Source of the DNA: an uncultured virus (IMG/VR IMGVR_UViG_3300037993_000804)
Taxonomy: Duplodnaviria > Heunggongvirae > Uroviricota > Caudoviricetes
IMG/VR virus record: IMGVR_UViG_3300037993_000804
Reading direction: 5' to 3' (one strand)
DNA: 64,000 nt
A program made the position numbers and the translations under genes. Below the pieces are notes generated by a model. The model saw only the letters and a program-made list of their open reading frames with translations. It made no database searches and was not told where the DNA came from. This document shows positions 60,201-64,000 of this stretch, piece by piece. Each line of letters starts with the position of its first letter. The first letter of the stretch is position 1.

Positions 60201-62481
60201 CTTCTGGCGGCAGGATAAATCCACCGACAGGGTCGCCGAACTGGCCTCCGTCCTGGGCGGCGCCGATTCCATGATTGGTGTCATGGGGTCGGGCGTCCGT
60301 ACATCTTGGTCGCTCAACGGCCATTCCACGACCTACTGGTACGATGTGATGCAGGGACAATCGCACAGCATGGCGGTATTCCTGGATTACTCGCCGGTGG
60401 CCAAGTTGAAGCCGCCTTTCCGGGGGTCGGCGGTGGATGAAATCATCGGTTATGCCTCCCATGAGGGTGGGCATTGTCTCTGGTCAGACCCGGACACCAG
60501 AGTCAAGGTTGCGCTCTATCTCCAAAACCACAGCGCCCGGCGGGCCAAGGATGCCTGGCTGGAAGCGCAGAACATGGGACTCAAGTCGCCCATCATGACG
60601 GAGATCCTCCGCATCGACAACATTCTGGAAGATGCCTACATTGATTACCATGTGGCCGAAAAGTGGGAAGTGCTGGGCGAGTACATCAAGATTTCACGCC
60701 ACGCGCTGGCTGTCCAGCGACCGGCGGACTTCGACAAAATCGCGCAGATGGATGACCCGCCGCGGAATTTCATCGTGAACCTCTGGATAGCCTGCTCGCT
60801 GTACGACCACGAAATTCCTGCCCGGATGAGTAAGAAAGTAGGCAAGGCCATCAATTTCCTGATGAGTCAGTCCATGTCCGCCATCCAGACGAAAGACCCC
60901 GCCAAGCGGGTGGGATTCGCGGTCGAGTGCTGGCTACTGCTCGACAAGGAATTTCCGGCCAGCGATGAACTGATGCCGCGGACGCCGCCGCCTCCGCCAC
61001 AGCCGAAGATGCCGGAGCCTCCCAAACAGGAACCCCAACCGCAACCGCAGGAAGGCGAAGAGCAAGGCGATGAGGGCGAACCCCAGGAGGGAGAAAGCGG
61101 TACGCCGGGAGATGGCAAGGGCGAGGGCGAGGGCGAGCCGAAATCCGAACCAGATGCCGGGAATGACGAGGCCGAGGCCGGCAAGTCCGAAGAGACCGGA
61201 GAGGCCGATGGGACGGAAGCCAATGGAGCAAGCGATTCCGAGTCCGAACCTGAACCCCAAACGGATGAAAAGGGCGAGGCCGGAGAATCCGATAAGACCG
61301 AAGCCGAGGCCGGAGATGAGGCCGAGGCTGATGAGGCCGACCATGAAGAGGGATTGGGTGGTGATGAGGATGCCGAGCCAACCGCTGACGATGGAGATGA
61401 GGCCGGGGATGATGGCGAGCAGGGTGGGGATGAGGCCGAAGGCGAGGCGGGCGAGGCTGGCGAAGCGGAAGAAGGCGGTAGCGAGGCCGGCGGGAAGAAT
61501 CCCAGTGGTGATGATTCCCAACAGCAGGGCGCACCTCAAACCGCGCAAGCGCCGGATTCAGCGCCGGGCGGACAAGAGCAGGGAGTCGAAGGCAACCTGG
61601 ATGACTTCGACATCCGGCAGCTCGGCGAGATTCCCGAAAAGCTGCTCGAAGCGGTGATGGATGCCATCGCCCACGAAATGGAGGACTTATCTCAATCCGT
61701 TCAGCAGGTTTGCCAGGGACGGTACGGCAGTATCGCCGCCCTGACACAGAAAGGGGAGTACAATGCCGAGGCTGCCAACCGCGTCCACGCCGAAGTGCAA
61801 AGCGAAATCGCGGAAATGTCCCGGGTATTCGACCGGCAGAAACAACAAAAGACCAAACGGCAGAACGGACTCTTGGCCGGGAGACTCAATGGTCGGGCGC
61901 TAGCGAGAGTCGGCGCCGGAAACCTGCACGTCTACTCCCGCAAGCAGACCGTGGACACGCCAAGTCTGGCCGTAGGGCTGCTGCTGGACGTATCCGGTTC
62001 GATGAGTAGCCGAATGTCCGTAGTGTGGGCAACGGCCTGCGTATTCGCCGAGGCGCTGATACGGAAACAGGGCGTTAATTTCCTGGCGCTGACCTACACT
62101 GGCGGCGACAATGACGTACAAACGACCCGGATTTGCGACAGGGCGCTGGGAAAGCTCTGCCTGGGGAATGTGGCCCAGGGTGGCGGCACTCCCTCCGGTC
62201 CGGCCATCGGTACGGTCAAGGTACTGATGGACAGAATGCCGGAAAAGCAGAAAGTCATCATCCACTTCACCGATGGGTCGCCGGATAATTCTCAGCAGGT
62301 CATCGAGGCGGTCGCAAATTGCCGGAAAGCGGGCTACGCGGTCTGGGCAATCGTCCCCGCCGGATACGACCAGATGGCCGAAGCGCAGTACGGCGCCGGA
62401 AACTGGGAGACAATCAACTCATTCTCCGAACTGCCCCACAAAGTCGGGCAGCTGGTGGAAAAGTTAGTAAGTAAATCTTAA
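60175..62481 (+). CDS. vWA-domain protein (CobT-like) with HExxH N-domain and acidic linker
   Basis: HEGGH, NILED, LLDVSGSM, GGTP, TDG. Confidence 0.9.
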   Translation: MKRDRNLSDFWRQDKSTDRVAELASVLGGADSMIGVMGSGVRTSWSLNGHSTTYWYDVMQGQSHSMAVFLDYSPVAKLKPPFRGSAVDEIIGYASHEGGHCLWSDPDTRVKVALYLQNHSARRAKDAWLEAQNMGLKSPIMTEILRIDNILEDAYIDYHVAEKWEVLGEYIKISRHALAVQRPADFDKIAQMDDPPRNFIVNLWIACSLYDHEIPARMSKKVGKAINFLMSQSMSAIQTKDPAKRVGFAVECWLLLDKEFPASDELMPRTPPPPPQPKMPEPPKQEPQPQPQEGEEQGDEGEPQEGESGTPGDGKGEGEGEPKSEPDAGNDEAEAGKSEETGEADGTEANGASDSESEPEPQTDEKGEAGESDKTEAEAGDEAEADEADHEEGLGGDEDAEPTADDGDEAGDDGEQGGDEAEGEAGEAGEAEEGGSEAGGKNPSGDDSQQQGAPQTAQAPDSAPGGQEQGVEGNLDDFDIRQLGEIPEKLLEAVMDAIAHEMEDLSQSVQQVCQGRYGSIAALTQKGEYNAEAANRVHAEVQSEIAEMSRVFDRQKQQKTKRQNGLLAGRLNGRALARVGAGNLHVYSRKQTVDTPSLAVGLLLDVSGSMSSRMSVVWATACVFAEALIRKQGVNFLALTYTGGDNDVQTTRICDRALGKLCLGNVAQGGGTPSGPAIGTVKVLMDRMPEKQKVIIHFTDGSPDNSQQVIEAVANCRKAGYAVWAIVPAGYDQMAEAQYGAGNWETINSFSELPHKVGQLVEKLVSKS

Positions 62482-62964
62482 AGGAGGCCAAACGATGTGC
62501 AAGCTACGAGAAGGGAAAAAACAATGTATCTGGTGGAACAAGGAGGGTAACAAATGCGTCAATCCCAATATACTGATTCAGCCGGATGCCTCATGCCAGG
62601 CGGAAATGCCGGAGGCCAAAGATGCCGGATATTATCGGGTGGCGGGATGACGACACCGAATAAAATCCCCAGAACCTCTTTCAGTCAGGTCATGGCTGAT
62701 ATGCAGGCCAAGGCTCAACGCATGGCCGAAATCCATAAGACCAATGGCGGGATGTGCCAGCTCTGCGGCAAGAATAAGGCCGAGTATCCAGACGGGTTCG
62801 ACCCCTACCACTGTCATACCTGCAACGAGGAAACCCTGAAAATCGTGCGTCAGCTTTCAGGGCAGCCGGGATTCATGGCGATGACGTTTCACCTCCCGGG
62901 CGCAACCGGCCCGGGAATTGACCCCAGTGTTGATACGAGTCCAATAAAAAAGGAGGTGGAGTAA

Positions 62965-63120
62965 TTGGATTTAATTTTGACGAAGGACACCAGCAAAGAC
63001 CTGAAGAATTCGGTACGGTGGGGAGATGAGAACGGACACAACATCTACCTGAAGAAACCCGAAGCCGCTGCCCTGGGAAACCCTGACAAAATCAAAATTG
63101 TCATCACAGCGGAAAAGTAA
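62965..63120 (+). CDS. 51-aa small protein (not in ORF track)
   Basis: AGGAGG plus TTG start; MDLILTKDTSKDLKNSVRWGDENGHNIYLKKPEAAALGNPDKIKIVITAEK. Confidence 0.5.
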   Translation: MDLILTKDTSKDLKNSVRWGDENGHNIYLKKPEAAALGNPDKIKIVITAEK

Positions 63121-63844
63121 CTGACCGATTCGCCCACACAGGCGGAGGCTGACACTTCCGCCTGTCCAGCGAGGCGGTGAGTCTCGAAAATAAATTTATG
63201 GGGGATAACCATATGGGTGCGATGAAACACACGATGGATGCCGTTGCCGAAAGAATGGGGATTAACGACCCCAATGACCCGCGAGTCTTGACAGAGGTGG
63301 CCAAGGCTCTGGGCGATGTGACCCGGAAATATCGACCCGACAGATTCGACTTCGAGGAAGCGGTCGAAGAACTGGCCAGCGAGATAGCTCTCAAGTGGAC
63401 TTCCTACGAGTTTGACACCCTCCCCAAAGATGAGCAGTTCAAAATCTGGCAGGAGGCCGAGAGGCAAATCACCGACAGAATGGCGTCCGAGGCAGAGGCC
63501 AGACGGGAACTGATGCTCGACCGGAAAATGGGATGAGCGTCGAACTGGAATTCATGCGAGCCTGTCTGGAGAATGAACGGCGGGCATTGAAACAGGCGCA
63601 ATCTTCCCCGTTGGACGGCATCGTTCCTGAGTGGTCAGGCGTAATTGACATTCTGCAGGACAAGGTCACCATTATGGAGAAAGAAATCGCCGAGCAAGAA
63701 AAATTGGAAAACACCCCGACAACTCCGAGCTAAAACCCTGATAGGGCGATAGGCTCTTCTCTCCACTCCGGCAGCAGTAGTTTCGACCGCTACTGCTGCT
63801 CAGTGGGGACAAGAACCCCGGAATAAATTTAGGAGGTGGTGCAA

Positions 63845-64000
63845 ATGGCACCGAAATCAACCTGGAAAGGTGGTTTAGGGTTTGGAATGGTTTCTATCCC
63901 CATCAAACTCTATACCGCGGTGGATGAGAAAAGTATCGACTTCCACCAAATGCACCGTGCTTGCGGCGGGCGGATTAAGCAATCGCTGACCTGTCCGAAG
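63845..64000 (+). CDS. ku: Ku end-binding protein (5' part, truncated by window end)
   Basis: STWKGGLGFGMVSIPIKLYTAV...IDFHQMH..CGGRIKQ...C. Confidence 0.92.
   Translation, partial: MAPKSTWKGGLGFGMVSIPIKLYTAVDEKSIDFHQMHRACGGRIKQSLTCPK

Noticed and set aside
1..64000. tRNA, rRNA, reverse transcriptase/DGR
   Set aside because: None recognised by eye; tRNAscan and repeat searches were not run.

Overview
A 64-kb segment of a large, gene-dense bacterial virus or virus-like mobile element, with most genes on the + strand and a - strand block at about 12.8-24.5 kb. No terminase, portal, HK97-type capsid, tail tube or housekeeping operon is recognisable. The host may be Chloroflexota/Dehalococcoidia-like; this is a weak inference from small Zn-finger families and the prenyl synthase type. 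Modules: (1) a prokaryotic ubiquitin-related E2-JAB-ThiF(E1) trio with an inserted HNH gene. (2) Many small early-type ORFs and an MCM-like AAA ATPase. (3) A replication block: ssDNA-annealing-like protein, mini PolX, initiator with iteron palindromes, DnaC-like loader, and a DinG/XPD helicase with a LAGLIDADG intein. (4) Two beta-rich putative virion operons. (5) Tyrosine recombinase, MoxR AAA/vWA pair and Ku. Most notable: (a) a dispersed isoprenoid toolkit (Dxs, IspH, stand-alone IspG Fe-S domain, polyprenyl-PP synthase, UbiA-like prenyltransferase, SCP2-like lipid carrier, Mrp Fe-S carrier); (b) two homologous promoter / solitary type I-C CRISPR repeat / covarying terminator cassettes in front of the structural operons; (c) a cas-less type I-E mini-array whose spacer and flank partially match the 5' ends of the element's own two protease genes; (d) an NPLDPLG peptide shared by three neighbouring proteins, including a ferritin-like one; (e) an unnamed ~50-aa HNR(Y/W)(D/E)RLS domain on three unrelated proteins. 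All calls come from motif reading only; no searches were run.
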